Shown: in pieces, positions 13,643 through 25,499 of the stretch
Position numbering within the stretch: position 1 is the stretch's first letter
Layout: each line of letters opens with the position of its first letter
DNA from: Rhizaria sp. SCN 62-66
Taxonomy: Eukaryota
Direction: 5' to 3'
Assembly (NCBI GenBank): GCA_001724265.1
Contig: MEDY01000257.1
Span: 1 to 64,000 of the forward strand
Length of the DNA stretch: 64,000 bases
The notes under the pieces: model-generated
The model's database searches: none
Seen by the model: the letters and a program-made list of their open reading frames with translations, nothing else
What the model was told of the DNA's origin: nothing
Position numbers and translations under genes: made by a program

Positions 13643-14513
13643 GCTGGGCTGGGCTGAGTAACTCCTGAAAGAAGGGGCAGCAGGCGTGGAGGGTGCTGGG
13701 GGGGTGAGAAAGCCGCGCGCCGGGGCGAGAGAGGCGGAGGGGCAGAGGCGAAGTAGCCTTGCGAGGTTGGAAGCGGGGTGAGGGCGTTACCTGTGTTATC
13801 TGATAGAAAGGTGCAGCCTGGTCGAGAAAAAACGCTAAAGGCAGTATAAGGAAGAGGGATTTACGCGTGAGCGAAGTGATATCATGAAAATCATCTATGG
13901 CGAGGCATGGCAGGAAAGAATCAAAGCGGGGACGGTTCGAAGACACCCAAAGCCCTGTGACCCAAGCAAGGACACGTTGCGAGCCAGAGACGGGTTACAG
14001 AAGAAATGACATTAAAACATATGCAAGAATATAGTCCAGCTATATCTTAACATCAGCTTGTTTTCCCCACAATGGTGCTCAAAGCCGGCTAGAGTCTCAT
14101 CCGAATTGTCTTGTTTCAACCGTTACCTCTTCTGTCCGCCATCTCTTCTTTCGGTCCAAATTTGGTTCGCAAAAAGTCGGCGGTGGTGGACTGCGGTCGA
14201 CCACCACAACTTCTTTGTTTCGAAATCCGCCTCGACTGCATCGGCCAGCTCTTTCAAATCAATCGCATCCGTATTTACTGTCTGTTATTCTACCATATAT
14301 TTTATATTGACATCTATCCAGCTCAAGATCACCCTTGGCGCGCTTCCCTCGACGCGCGTCCAAGCCCAGTCTAAACCACAGTACAACGGCTGCCCCGCTC
14401 CTCCGACCCCGCGCGGCAGACCCAACGGCTCGCACAACTTCCCCACTTCCTCACACCCATCATCTCTTGCTATCATTTCCCTCTCTTCTTTTGTTTTGCT
14501 CCTCACTTGCAGA

Positions 14514-15864
14514 ATGGCCGACGACCAGGAGGTTTATGAGGAGGAGGAGTACGCCCAGCAGGATGAGGCCGCCGACCAGCTCACCTCCGCCCCCGCCGCG
14601 GGCGCGGACGGCGCCGCGGCTGCCGAGACCGACGCCGACACGCCCGCCGACGGCGCTGCCGAGGGCGAGGGCGACGACGCCGCGGCCACCGCCGGGGGCG
14701 AGGACGAGGACTTGCAGAAGCTCCTCGACGGCTCCGAGTACGAGGACGAGCTCAAGAAGATCCAGGTTCGTGCGAACACTCAGATATCTCTCAATCGACA
14801 ACGCTCTCATCAATGGTCACACGTTGCCTTTACTTCTGTTTTTTTCATATCTGTCATACTTCAACTTCGACTCATATCGATCGCTCTTCAATCCCATCTT
14901 GTTCTTGTTTCTCTTCTCTTCTACCGCGCGCAGGAGGCGTCCGACGCCGTGACGGCCGTGTCGGACGAGACTGCCGACGTGGACAAGCGGTCCATCTTTG
15001 TTGGCAACGTCGACTACTCGACCACGAAGGAGGTGCTTGAATCCCTCTTCGCCGAGTGCGGGCCCGTCGTCCGCGTCTCGATCCCGCTCAACCGCGCCAC
15101 CAACCAGCCCCAGGTACGCGCGCTGCACACGCGCCCATCGTCCTCATCTTGATCTCGCAAAACATAGATATTGTTGTATCCTGTACATATTGTGTAGTGT
15201 GTCTAAAGCACGCGCATATCTTGTAATATCTGTCTCAAAATCACACTTCTTACTTAATCATATCTTGTCAACTAAATCGCTCACATATCTTTATATCGAC
15301 ACCTGTTGTTGCTAATCTCTGACTCGACCACTCCAACAGGGCTACGCCTACGTCGAGTTTAAGGACGCCTCCTCGGTCGTCTCGGCGCTCTTGCTAGACG
15401 GCCATACGTTCAACGACCGTGCCATCAAGGTCACCTCGAAGCGCAGCAACGTCCCGCGCCACCGCCTCCCGCGCGGCGGCGCCGCGGCCGGCGGCTCCCC
15501 CAGCCACCGCGGCGGCGGCGGCCGCGGCGGCATGGGCACTCCGCGCGGCGGCCGCGGCGGCCGCGGCGGCGCGCGCGGCGGCTACGGCGGCGGCTACGGC
15601 GCGGGCGCGGCGGGCGGCATGATGATGCCGATGTACCACCCGCAGATGGGCATGGTGATGCCCGTTCCCATGCACATGATGCAGGGCATGGGCGCCATGG
15701 GCGGCTACGCGCCCATGCACGGCCACGGCCAGGGCCAGGACGGCCAGCAGGGCGGCGGCAGCGGCGGCCAGCGCGGCGGCCGCGGCGGCTACGGCGGCCG
15801 CGGCGGGTATGCGGGCCGCGGCAACCCCCGCGGCGGCGCGGGCAACCGCTACCAGCCGTACTAA
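14514..15864 (+). CDS. PABPN1: Nuclear polyadenylate-binding protein 2 (PABPN1-like); exons 14514..14765, 14934..15113, 15340..15864
   Basis: Acidic N-terminus, RRM starting VDKRSIFVGNVDYSTT, RNP1 Q|GYAYVEF formed across intron 2, KVTSKRSNVP, RGG-rich tail ending RYQPY-TAA. Confidence 0.88.
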
Positions 15865-16475
15865 GCGTGCGGACCACGCCGTGTGACGCAATGCGCAGTG
15901 CACGAAGCGAGGCAAAACACATGTGACAGAAGCGCTAAGCAAGAAACAAACAAGTAGCTCCTTTCGATGTCCGTGTTTTGTTTGAGCAATGATTATAGTT
16001 TACAATAGTGTTGAGTCGCCGTATTACTAGGAGAGTAATGATACGGTGGCATATTATAATAAGATACTCTATAAGAACAAACAACTAGCATAACAGACGA
16101 GGACACGAACCGAGTACGAGTCAGACAAAAACACAACAACAAAACTCCAACAAAATACAAACAGCAAAGTAACATCAAACAAAGAACCTTGAGTGCGCGT
16201 TGAAATGAATATGAAATGAATGTATTTTGTGTATTGGCTTGTTTCATTCTATCGAAACCATTTGTGCGATGGCCATCACGACGGGCCCTGTCAAGTGGCG
16301 TTGCTTGCTTGCAGAAACACTTCGGACGTATTAGCCTCGCGTAACGCTACTTAAAGCATCACAGCATCGCCACACAGCCTTTTGATGAGATCAAAGTCAC
16401 GCCTGGTACAGCCATTTGCCTCTGCCCACAGTCGCAACTGCCCACAGTCAGTTGCAGCTCACAGTCAGTTGCAGC

Positions 16476-17485
16476 TCACAGTCCCTGGCACTCAGCATCG
16501 AGCTTCTCGCGAAAGGCCCTGCGCATGCGGTGCACAAAGAAGGCCACGTCCTCGGTGGCGCGCAGCTCAGCGACGATGGCGTCGAGCTCGCGCAGCGGCG
16601 GCACGCACTCGAACACGCGGTACTGCTTGCTGTCGTCGGTGTGCAGCAGGAACGACAGCGTGGCCGAAGGCGCGAGCGGGTGCACGTCGGTGAAGAGGAA
16701 GCGGAGCATGCCGTTGGAGAGCTCGATGTGCATGCCCAGCGCCGATGCGTAGGTGTGGATGATCGAGGTCAGCGAGGAGAGCGTCTGGGTCGACACGCGC
16801 TTGTCGTCGTTGAGCTCCAGCAGCTGAGAGAGGTTTATCGATGCAGGAAGACAACAGTTGGTACAATACAGCTTTGTTAGAAACATCATGTTTTGTTCGG
16901 AATTATTGAAGCTTGCAAAGATAGACATAGAACCAAAGACTGAAAGTCAAGTAGTGACATGGTACGCTCGGAAGTCTGCGGAGGTATAGATCGTGGCAAC
17001 GTACTTTCTGTGTGTTGAGGTTGTCGAGCTCAATAATCTTCTCCTTGAGCATCGCCCGCTCGGCGGGCTTGGCGGCCTTGGTGGCGAGAATGGCGTCGTA
17101 GTCGCGGTTCAGGGACGCGAGCTCGGCCTCCAGGTCCTTCTCTAGCTCGCGCTGGCGCTCCTCCTCGTCCTTGAGTGCCTGGCACTCGGTCTTGAGACGG
17201 AAAATCTCGGCTGTAACACATAAAACGTAACGCAGGGTATGCATACACAGTGCGTATGGTGTGAGCTACAGACATTGTGAAGAGAGACGACACATTCAAT
17301 GAGTTCAGCTAAGGATAGAAGGGTTGGAGCAAATTGTGTCGAGACGTACCATTGCTCTCCTGAACAGAGGCATCGTGCATGCTGGCAAGATTATCAACGT
17401 CTTTAGACTGGCTGCGAAGCCAAGTGCGGGCGCGCTCCTCGAAGCCAGCAATCTGAGCACGCAGATTGTCTGTCGGAATGCTCAT
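16476..17485 (-). CDS. SPC25: Kinetochore NDC80-complex subunit Spc25; exons 17485..17350, 17210..17005, 16823..16476
   Basis: N-terminal coiled coil followed by RWD-like domain YASALGMHIE...LRFLFTDVHP...YRVFECVPPL...ELRATEDVAFFVHRMRRAF. Both GTACGT...CAG introns keep the frame. TGA stop. Confidence 0.85.
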
Positions 17486-17946
17486 CGCTTTCGTGTGAGA
17501 GTGTAAAGGCAAAAGCAAGGAGGAAGGGGGATAGCTGCGTGAGGACACGTACATGTACGTTTGAATTGCAATTAAGAGTGAATAATCTAAACAAAGATTT
17601 AACTCGGAGGAAAATAGTGATATTGAAAATAACGGACGGGCCATGTCACGCTAATGAGAAACAAAAACTCATGACCGTTGGGCCCTGCCAGCCACAGCAC
17701 AGACTCAAGCTGTGGACGCGCTAATGATCAACATCAAACGAGAGATTAACTCTACCAACAACAATTAGACATTGTTTTCGAACTTAAACGGTTGTTTTAT
17801 AAATGATATATAAATGAAATCTTCAACCATTGCCTCTATTGTTGTCTGTAAGCATCCTTGATCCACTCCAGAGATCTCCTCCCAGACCTACCCATAGCTC
17901 ACTCCCTCTTTTGTGCTCGCCCCGTACACTCCCCGCGCTCTCACAG

Positions 17947-19030
17947 ATGTCTGAGACCGGTAAGAAGAACAAGCAGTGGGTCCCTCTGGAGTCCGACCCC
18001 GAGCTTCTCAACAAGGTACGTTCTTCCTGACTGTCCAACGTTATCTAATTCGCATCTTCCATCTCACCACAAACGCTCAACGGAATGTCCAATCAACTGC
18101 ACATCATTACACACAGCGCCAAGTTTGACCAAGCAACAGTATGACGGGCTAACATTGATATCATACCTCCCACCTGTGTTTTTGTTGCAGTACATGCGCA
18201 CGCTGGGTGCGAACGACGCGCTGCAGGTGGCGGAGGTGTTCGGCACAGACCCCGACCTCCTGGCCATGGTCCCGCAGCCCGTGCACGCGGTCCTCCTGCT
18301 CTACCCGCTCAGCGACGCCTCCGAGGCCCTCCGCGCCTCCCAGGCCGACGAGCTGCGCGCCGCGCAGGGCGCCCCCGCGGACGCCAGCGGCGACGACGGC
18401 GAGTTCGTGCCCAAGGACTCAGGGCTGTACTGGATGAAGCAGATCATCAGCAACGCATGCGGCACCATCGGACTCGTCCACGCCGTCGCCAACGTGCCCG
18501 AGGCCTTTTCGCCAGTTCCGGGGTCCTTCTTCGCCTCCTTCCTGGCCGAGACCGCGGCGCTGACGCCGATGCAGCGTGCGCTCGCGCTCGAGGACAACGA
18601 CAAGATCGAGGAGGAGCACCAGGCGCTCGCGGCCGAAGCCGGCAGCGACGCCGCGCATGCCGTCAACGACAACCTGCACTTTGTCGCCATGGTCTGCAAG
18701 AACGGCAGGCTCTACGAGCTCGACGGCCGCAAGGTCGGGTACGTAATTACATTTTAACAGCTCCAAACGAATTCACTAATATTTCTCACCGCATAGATCG
18801 TGTTTACTGAATACCAAACTTAAATGAACTATAGACGATCCTAACATGTACGTGTTTTCCTATTTTGTTTGTTTTCGTGCTCATCTCCGTCCAGCCCGAT
18901 CGACCTGGGCGCGTGCGCGCCCGAGGAGCTGCTGGCCAAGTCGGCCGAGCACCTCGCCTCGCTCGCGGCCATGATGCCCGACGACGTGCGCTTCTCCATG
19001 TGCGCGATCACCAGCGGCGACCTCGAGTAA
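17947..19030 (+). CDS. Ubiquitin C-terminal hydrolase (peptidase C12, UCHL3-like); exons 17947..18015, 18191..18738, 18895..19030
   Basis: WVPLESDPELLNK, QPVHAVLLLYP, MKQIISNACGTIGLVHA (catalytic Gln/Cys), LHFV (His), LYELDGRKVG|PIDLG (Asp), VRFS. TAA stop. Confidence 0.93.
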
Positions 19031-19485
19031 GCGTCTATATATCTCTGCTGCCTCTCTCCGCTCCCACTGGGATGTGTGACGTTTGTGAGAGAGTTTGGCG
19101 ACGTTCTTTTCAATTCGCAACATTTGTGATGATACGTATCAATGATCGAAACAGTAAATAAAACAAACATAACCCAATAAACATGATCGAAATTCAAACT
19201 AGCTGAACATATTTTCTATTGATAAACATTTCGAGAAACGCTATGTTGTTGCTGTTGTTTGGGTGTATTGATCGTTGAAATGTAATGTTCATTGAAATAC
19301 AATACACAATTCACATGATTAATAAACGATGAAAGAATAGACTAAACAAAAACCAAATGAAACAAAAACACTGCTGCTTTCACTCTATAGCAGCAGTAAT
19401 CTGTCAGCATCACTTATATTGCCATGAATACAGCAGAGCTGATGTTACAGTTCTTAAGAGTTTGGGTTGCAAGTTAGCAACAGCC

Positions 19486-22400
19486 TTAGTTGTGACTGAA
19501 GCGCTCGCTCAAATCCTCATACTCCGGCTCACCGCGCCCACGACGCCCGTGATGCGCGGCAGTGTTGGCGGCCCCCGTGCCAGCGGACGTGTGGCGCACG
19601 GTGAGGTCGTCCCTGCGCTCCGTGACGTAGGCGTGGACGTCCACCATGAACGGTGCCTCTCCGACAATCGGAGGCAGCTCGTTCGTCAGTAGCACAGCGT
19701 GGTAGTAGTGCGGCCCGGGAATCGCTAGCTCGGCGTCGAACGTGTGCGTGTGGATCAGCGAGGAACCAGCAGGGACTGGGCACAAGTCGTTCGCACAAGA
19801 TCAAGAATGGAGTAAGTCAGAGAAAATTTTAAAAAAATGAAATTTGAGATATAATTACGAAGTTACATGATATCAACTTACAAATACTAAAACTTAATAA
19901 ATATAGTGATGGTGATGATATTGCAATGATATTTTTTGATTTAAAACGACTCTAAACCACAGAACGTACTCGGTTGCAGCTCGACGATGGTCTCCTCGAA
20001 GCCCAGGTTGTCGGCGCTGAGCCGGAGCGTAACGCCAGTTAGCGGGATCGAAAGCTCGTTCTTGAACATAATCTGGACTTCGACGTGCGTCTCCGCGTCG
20101 TCGTCCGTGTGAGCCACAGCGGCGGCTTCTGCGATCCTGACCAGCGCCGCGACCTCCTGCTCACGGTCGACGCCTGGCCGCGCGAACCGGCCGTTGTACT
20201 CATCGTCATCATCACTGGCGCTGTCGCCATGGCGGTTACGGCGGGTGTTGACCGCGGCGGCAAGCGTGCTAAAGCTGAGCCGGCCCGTGGAGGCGACGTC
20301 GACCACGAGCTCCTCCTCCTCGATCTCGCTGAACACATTCGCCGTCACCGGCGTCGACACCAGTGTATCGAACACGACGGACTTGAGCAGCTCGCTGTCC
20401 TCATCGCTCACCACGCTCGAATCGTCGATGCGCGTGTTGCGGCGGCGCTCGGTCCGCAGCACGGTCTGGTTGGTCGCCAGCGTAAGGCGCGGCAGCACGA
20501 AGCCCATGCTATTACTCGCGACCAGCGTGATCTCCTCGCCAGGGCGCGTGGACAGGTCGACGGCCATGACCGAGGCGCGGACGTACTCCTCGACGCTTTC
20601 CGCGCCCGTGCCGTCGGGCTTGGGCAGGTAGTCGGCGGCCTCAAAGCGGAAGGACTCGAAGTGGCCGTTGGTGGGGCGCAGCGAGACGTCGACGCTGTGC
20701 GTGCCCACGCGCCCGCGCTCAGCGCCGGTGTAGTCAGAAAACACAAGGTCAACGTTGAGCGACAAGTCGAGCTCTTCGGGGCACTTGACGTGCTCGCGCT
20801 CACGGTTGTTTGTGCTGTCACTGCGGCTGCCGCTGTCCTCACCGCTGTCGTCGAAGGTGATGAAGTTGCGGGCGCGGTCGCGACTGCGCATGCTGTTGAC
20901 AAAGTCCTCCGTGCGGTCGGCGCAAGCAAGGTTGACCCACAGCACGATAGGCTCACCGAGCTTGACGGGCGGGATTGTGATCGAGATTGCGAGGCCGGAC
21001 TCGTCGAAATCAAACAGCATCGCGTTGTGCTCGTCGTCGATCCGCTCGGGCGAGTCGTCCACAGCGCCGTTGAACGCACTCGGCTCAATGTAGCTGTTGC
21101 TGCTGCGGCCGCTGGCAACGCGCGCGCTGGCCCTGGCTGCGGCGGCGCGGTCCCCGGCGTCTTCTTCGTCGCCAGAGTACACCGAGAAGCGCGAGAAGCG
21201 CATGCCCATCGGCAGCCCCGGGGTGGGCACGCCCGAGCTAAACACAGGGCCCGCATTCGCAATCGGGCCGCCACGAGCGTGATATGTTGACGTGATGGTG
21301 TTGGCGCCGAAGTTCTGCAGCCCCGGGAGCTTTGTGACGACGATGGTGCCCGTGGGGAAGCGCGCCTCGCGGCCCATGTCGCGGATGATCGTGCACTGCG
21401 GCGGCAACTGCGTGAGCTTGCCCCATGGAATGAATGGGCATGCCACCGCGTAGTTGTGAATGCGGCTGCTAACCTCGGACAGCACAAAACTGGCGTCGAA
21501 GCGCGGCTTGGCGCCCGCGAACACGGCGCGGATCGACGCGGGGCCCAGCTGGTACTTGTCCTCGCTGAGCTCTTGCGGCGTGCCGTCGACAACGTTCCAC
21601 TGCGGCCCGTTAAACGAGCCACCGGCAATGCGGTTATCCATCCAGGCCTCGTTCCACGAGTGGAAGTTCCAGATCATGCCGACTTCGGCCACCATGCGGC
21701 GCGAGTTACGGTCCCAGTAACGCAGGATTTCCTGTTGATATGATTTACAATTCATGCAATTTGAAACAGAGAGAATTAGATTTTAGTTTCGAATTGCGTT
21801 ACATTCTGTAAATTAACGCCATATTTTGTTTTATATCAACTTAACATTGGCACCGTTGATGGAATTTTATATACGTACCTGATTGTAAGTCTCGGGCGCG
21901 ACCGGCGTCTCGTGCGCAGAGTCGAAGTTCGATACTTGGCGCATTGGAATGCCCGCGGCGCGGCCAAGTGTGTTAAGCAAAGCACCGAACACCCAGCACT
22001 GGCCATACTTGACGCCGTTAAAGCCTGTAGCGACGTAATGACGCAAGATTTGGTCCGAGCCTTGCCACGCTGACGGGTTCATGCCACCTGTAGCGAGCAA
22101 ACATCAGCGAGATAAAAAAATGAAGTGAAGGAACAGTTAGAGGACGTCACACTAGATTCAAGGTGGTTTAACAATATGTTTTAGTACAATTGCTTAACGA
22201 TGAACGTACCAGGATATGTCCTGTCCCAGCGACCGACGAGGATGCCGTCGGGATGCGACGGCTGCGGCGTCATGATCGCACTGAAAAATCGGATCACCGC
22301 CACGGGGTCCCTGCGCTCGTTAATGCCGAGCTTGTTCAAGTGATGCATAACAGCAAGCACGGCCTCGTGCGAGAACTGCGCGTAGTACCAGCGCACGGAC

Positions 22401-23464
22401 TGCACGTTGACGTTGTTGCCGCGGTATGTGATTCCGTGCTCGTTGTTGATGTACTCAGTCAGCTCGGCCGTGTTGGGGTAAAACACCTGGTCCTGCGGGT
22501 GCCACGGGTTGAACAGCACAGCAACCTGGCGCGGCAGCCCGATGAGGTTTTGCTGGTCGGACAGGCGGATAGAGACGGAGCAGAGGCCGACAGGCGCGTT
22601 AGGGTCTACCTGGGCCTGCACTTCGTACTGGTTGCCAGAGATGTGGTTAATGCGCAGCGAGCTGGGGAGGAAAATTGACGCGGGGGCGATGTAAACGGAG
22701 AGGGACTGGCCAGCGTCGAGCGGGGAGTCGAGCGTCACGGCCATGGCCATCTCGCCACCGCGGCGCACGAGCACGTACTACGATCAAGACAGCAAGAACA
22801 AGATGTAAACAGAGAAGCACCGAAGTAAGAGTAGCTGCGATAAAGCTACGTTCAGCAAATACGTTCAGCAAACTTTGACAGTGTGATAATAACACCACCG
22901 ACTCAAGATGTCGAGAAAACGAACCTGTCCGGAGCGGAAGTACTGCGTGTTGTGACGCGTGCGCATCCCTGCCTCGTCCTTCAGTGTGAAAGCGTGAATC
23001 TGCCTCGCCGCTGACGCAAAGTCGGTCATCACAGCAAAGAACAGAAAGATAACCGCGAGGACGAGGGAAGGGATGTTCATGACGCGTGCGCGGGCCGCGG
23101 GGGCGCCAGCGGTGACTGCAGCAAGTGGTGGCAGCAGCACACCATCGGTCGCGGAAGCCATCGAGTGACCATGGGCGGCTACTACGGCCGCGGTGGCAGC
23201 AACAGAGAGCGAGAAGTCGGCAAGCCCGCGCGCGAGGTCCGCGGCGGCGCTGTGCGAGAGAGGGGCGCTGGGCGGCGCGGGTGGCAGCAGAGGGGGCGTG
23301 TACACTGCGCCACTTGAAGATAAAGATGGTGAAGTTGAGGTCGAGTGGCTTTGATCGCCGCGGGTTAGCACAAGTCTGGGTGCTGAGGCGCGTGGTACCA
23401 AGTCAGACTCAATAGAAGACCAGCAGCTGGTCTCGGCGCTGAGAGCGCGACCGCGGGAAAACAT
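19486..23464 (-). CDS. Animal-type protein-glutamine gamma-glutamyltransferase (transglutaminase); exons 23464 (or 23080)..22925, 22777..22210, 22087..21879, 21731..19970, 19775..19486
   Basis: HNTQY...LVRRG (N-terminal sandwich), VLFNPWHPQDQVF, GILVGRWD, PSAWQGS, VKYGQCWVFG (catalytic Cys), SNFDSAH, IWNFHSWNEAWM (His), VDGTPQE (Asp), LGPAS, and a C-terminal barrel-like VEVQIMFKNELSIPL. A hydrophobic segment follows the Met at 23080. Four introns keep the frame. TAA stop. Confidence 0.9.
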
Positions 23465-24119
23465 GCGGGCGTAAGCGCAAGGTTCGAAAGGCGGGTCTGG
23501 AGGACGGCGCCTAAAGTCGCGTTGAGATCTGACTCAAGAAGAGTCTGTGGGAATACAAATAAACGTAGGGTTAATATGAGACAATGTGAGAAGTGTGCAT
23601 CCGGATGAAGAGGTGTGCGTGTGCATGTTTAAGTGAGATAGATTATTGTTTAAGTCAGTCCGGATGCTAAGTAAGGGTCGTGTGGCGAGCATCACTTTGT
23701 GAACGAGTGTAGTGGTCTTAAACTCAAATCTACGGCCATTTCAGTGAATGCACAGCCCGATTTTACCTCGAAGTAGCGCATATTAACACTAACAATCCGT
23801 TTCACTGGAAACAAGTTGTAAAAAGTTGCGCCTGAAATCTGGCGTGGTCAAGAGCCGGCTGACCCACAAACATGCCATCTAGCATGCTCACAGTCAAGCC
23901 CTCGAGGAGCTCACAGTCACATCCGGAACTCGCGGTCATCTTCTTTAAGTGCTCAAACATATGGAATCTGTATTGAATTGAGAAAAATCATATTGAATCA
24001 TTGTGAAATACTCTGGCTCACGAAATCAAAGTCAACATTGCAGAAAAGCTAAAAATGGCATCAAGAATTCGTTTAACGAGTCAAGACAGCATTCGATTCA
24101 AGTGTCGTAATCATGTAGC

Positions 24120-24833
24120 TTAACCTAGGCGGCGGCGGCGCGGGGGCGCGCTGGTGTCATTCTCCTCCGCTGTCGCCTCCAGCTCCCTCGCGAGGCGCAC
24201 CAGGTCCACGCCGCGGTTCATCGCCTCTGCCAGTAGCGGGCGCAGCTGATGCTCGAGCAGGGCCGGGTCGCGGTGAAGCTGGCGTACGCCCATGGAGACT
24301 TCAGCGGTGGCGGGGCCAGGGGCGGTCTGATAGACTGAGAAGTGACTTGAAGAGCCGTCATCAAACGCGCCGTCGTCATCGTCGTCATCGTCATTGTAGT
24401 CAGCGGGATCACTGCCAAAGACACTGTATGCGTCGATGTCCGCGTTGTACGCATTAGTGCTGTCGAGATCAAAGACGCCGAACGTGCTGTGGGCTGGCGA
24501 ATGGCTGTAGTGGTTGATGTCGCTCGAAATCGCGGCATCGTAGTCCTCGTCAAGATGCCCAACTCCGTTGCTGTCGGCCCAAAACATGTTGTCAGAGACG
24601 GGAGGCTGCTCAGCAAAGCCGCCGTGGAAGCCCCCGAGGTGTTGTGCGGTCTCGAAGGTCTTGAGCTTGAGCGGAGGCGCCCACGCCGAGTCGCCCTCAA
24701 CGATGGGCTCGACCATGGGCTCGACGGGGCCAAACGGGTCGTCGTAAATGGGGGTCTCATCGTAATATGCCGCAGTGAACGTGAACGCAACTAGAAGCAA
24801 GGTGGAGAACAGGACGATGTGGAGGAGCCGCAT
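24120..24833 (-). CDS. Hypothetical secreted acidic protein
   Basis: Signal-peptide-like MRLLHIVLFSTLLLVAFTFTAA, D/E-rich body, coding-like GC content, TAA stop. No family recognised. Confidence 0.7.
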   Translation of the reverse strand: MRLLHIVLFSTLLLVAFTFTAAYYDETPIYDDPFGPVEPMVEPIVEGDSAWAPPLKLKTFETAQHLGGFHGGFAEQPPVSDNMFWADSNGVGHLDEDYDAAISSDINHYSHSPAHSTFGVFDLDSTNAYNADIDAYSVFGSDPADYNDDDDDDDGAFDDGSSSHFSVYQTAPGPATAEVSMGVRQLHRDPALLEHQLRPLLAEAMNRGVDLVRLARELEATAEENDTSAPPRRRRLG

Positions 24834-25499
24834 CGATTGCTGGGTTGGGTCAGGAGAGGACAAGAACAGATCAGACACAGATTGAAGAGGTATATCTCAT
24901 TGTGAGCCATAGCGCACTTAAACATAAATAGACAACACATTGATAAAAACAAGCAAAGCCGGATCTCGCAATTATATATGAAGGAACGGCTGGGCACTGT
25001 TTTGGCGTTGTGGCCATGGCTTTGACGATGACTTGTGGTCAACGGCAGTGGACCGTGGTCGCAGACAAGCCCACAGTCATCTCGGACTCAGTGGCACACG
25101 TCCAGGCTCAATCCGAGAGGAATGTGCAACATCTATAAATGTTGATATGTTATGCTGTATCTGCGTTATGCGTGTATCATCAGGAGATCCTTAATATCTG
25201 CGACACGCTGCTTGTGTGTGACTCGGGAAGGTTTAGGCGTAGGCTCCTCCGAGCTTGGACTTCGCGGGTTGCCGTTGTCCGTTGACTCCAAATTGGGTCT
25301 CGCCTGACTCCATTTCATCGTGTATACAAGTGCAATACGAATATGACAAACTATTTACACTGTAATCATACTTGTTCAAACAAAAATTGCTCAAACTTCC
25401 TTATCGCCTTTCTATTTTTGTATTCCGTCCAGCCCCTACTCGCACACCCAGTCACCGCGCGGCCCGCCCGTTTGTTGTTCCTCCCGAGACACATAGAAC

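Noticed and set aside
14058-14513. Apparent N-terminal extensions in the ORF track (PABPN1 from 14058, MTHFR from 62642, CFAP61 from 53299)
   Set aside because: These are pyrimidine-rich UTR-like sequences opened at alternative start codons. Conserved or coding-like sequence begins at the downstream ATGs.
16426-16483. Short tandem duplication CACAGTCAGTTGCAGCT around the SPC25 stop codon
   Set aside because: Only about two full copies plus a degenerate one, with no spacers. This is local slippage, not a CRISPR array or a mobile element.
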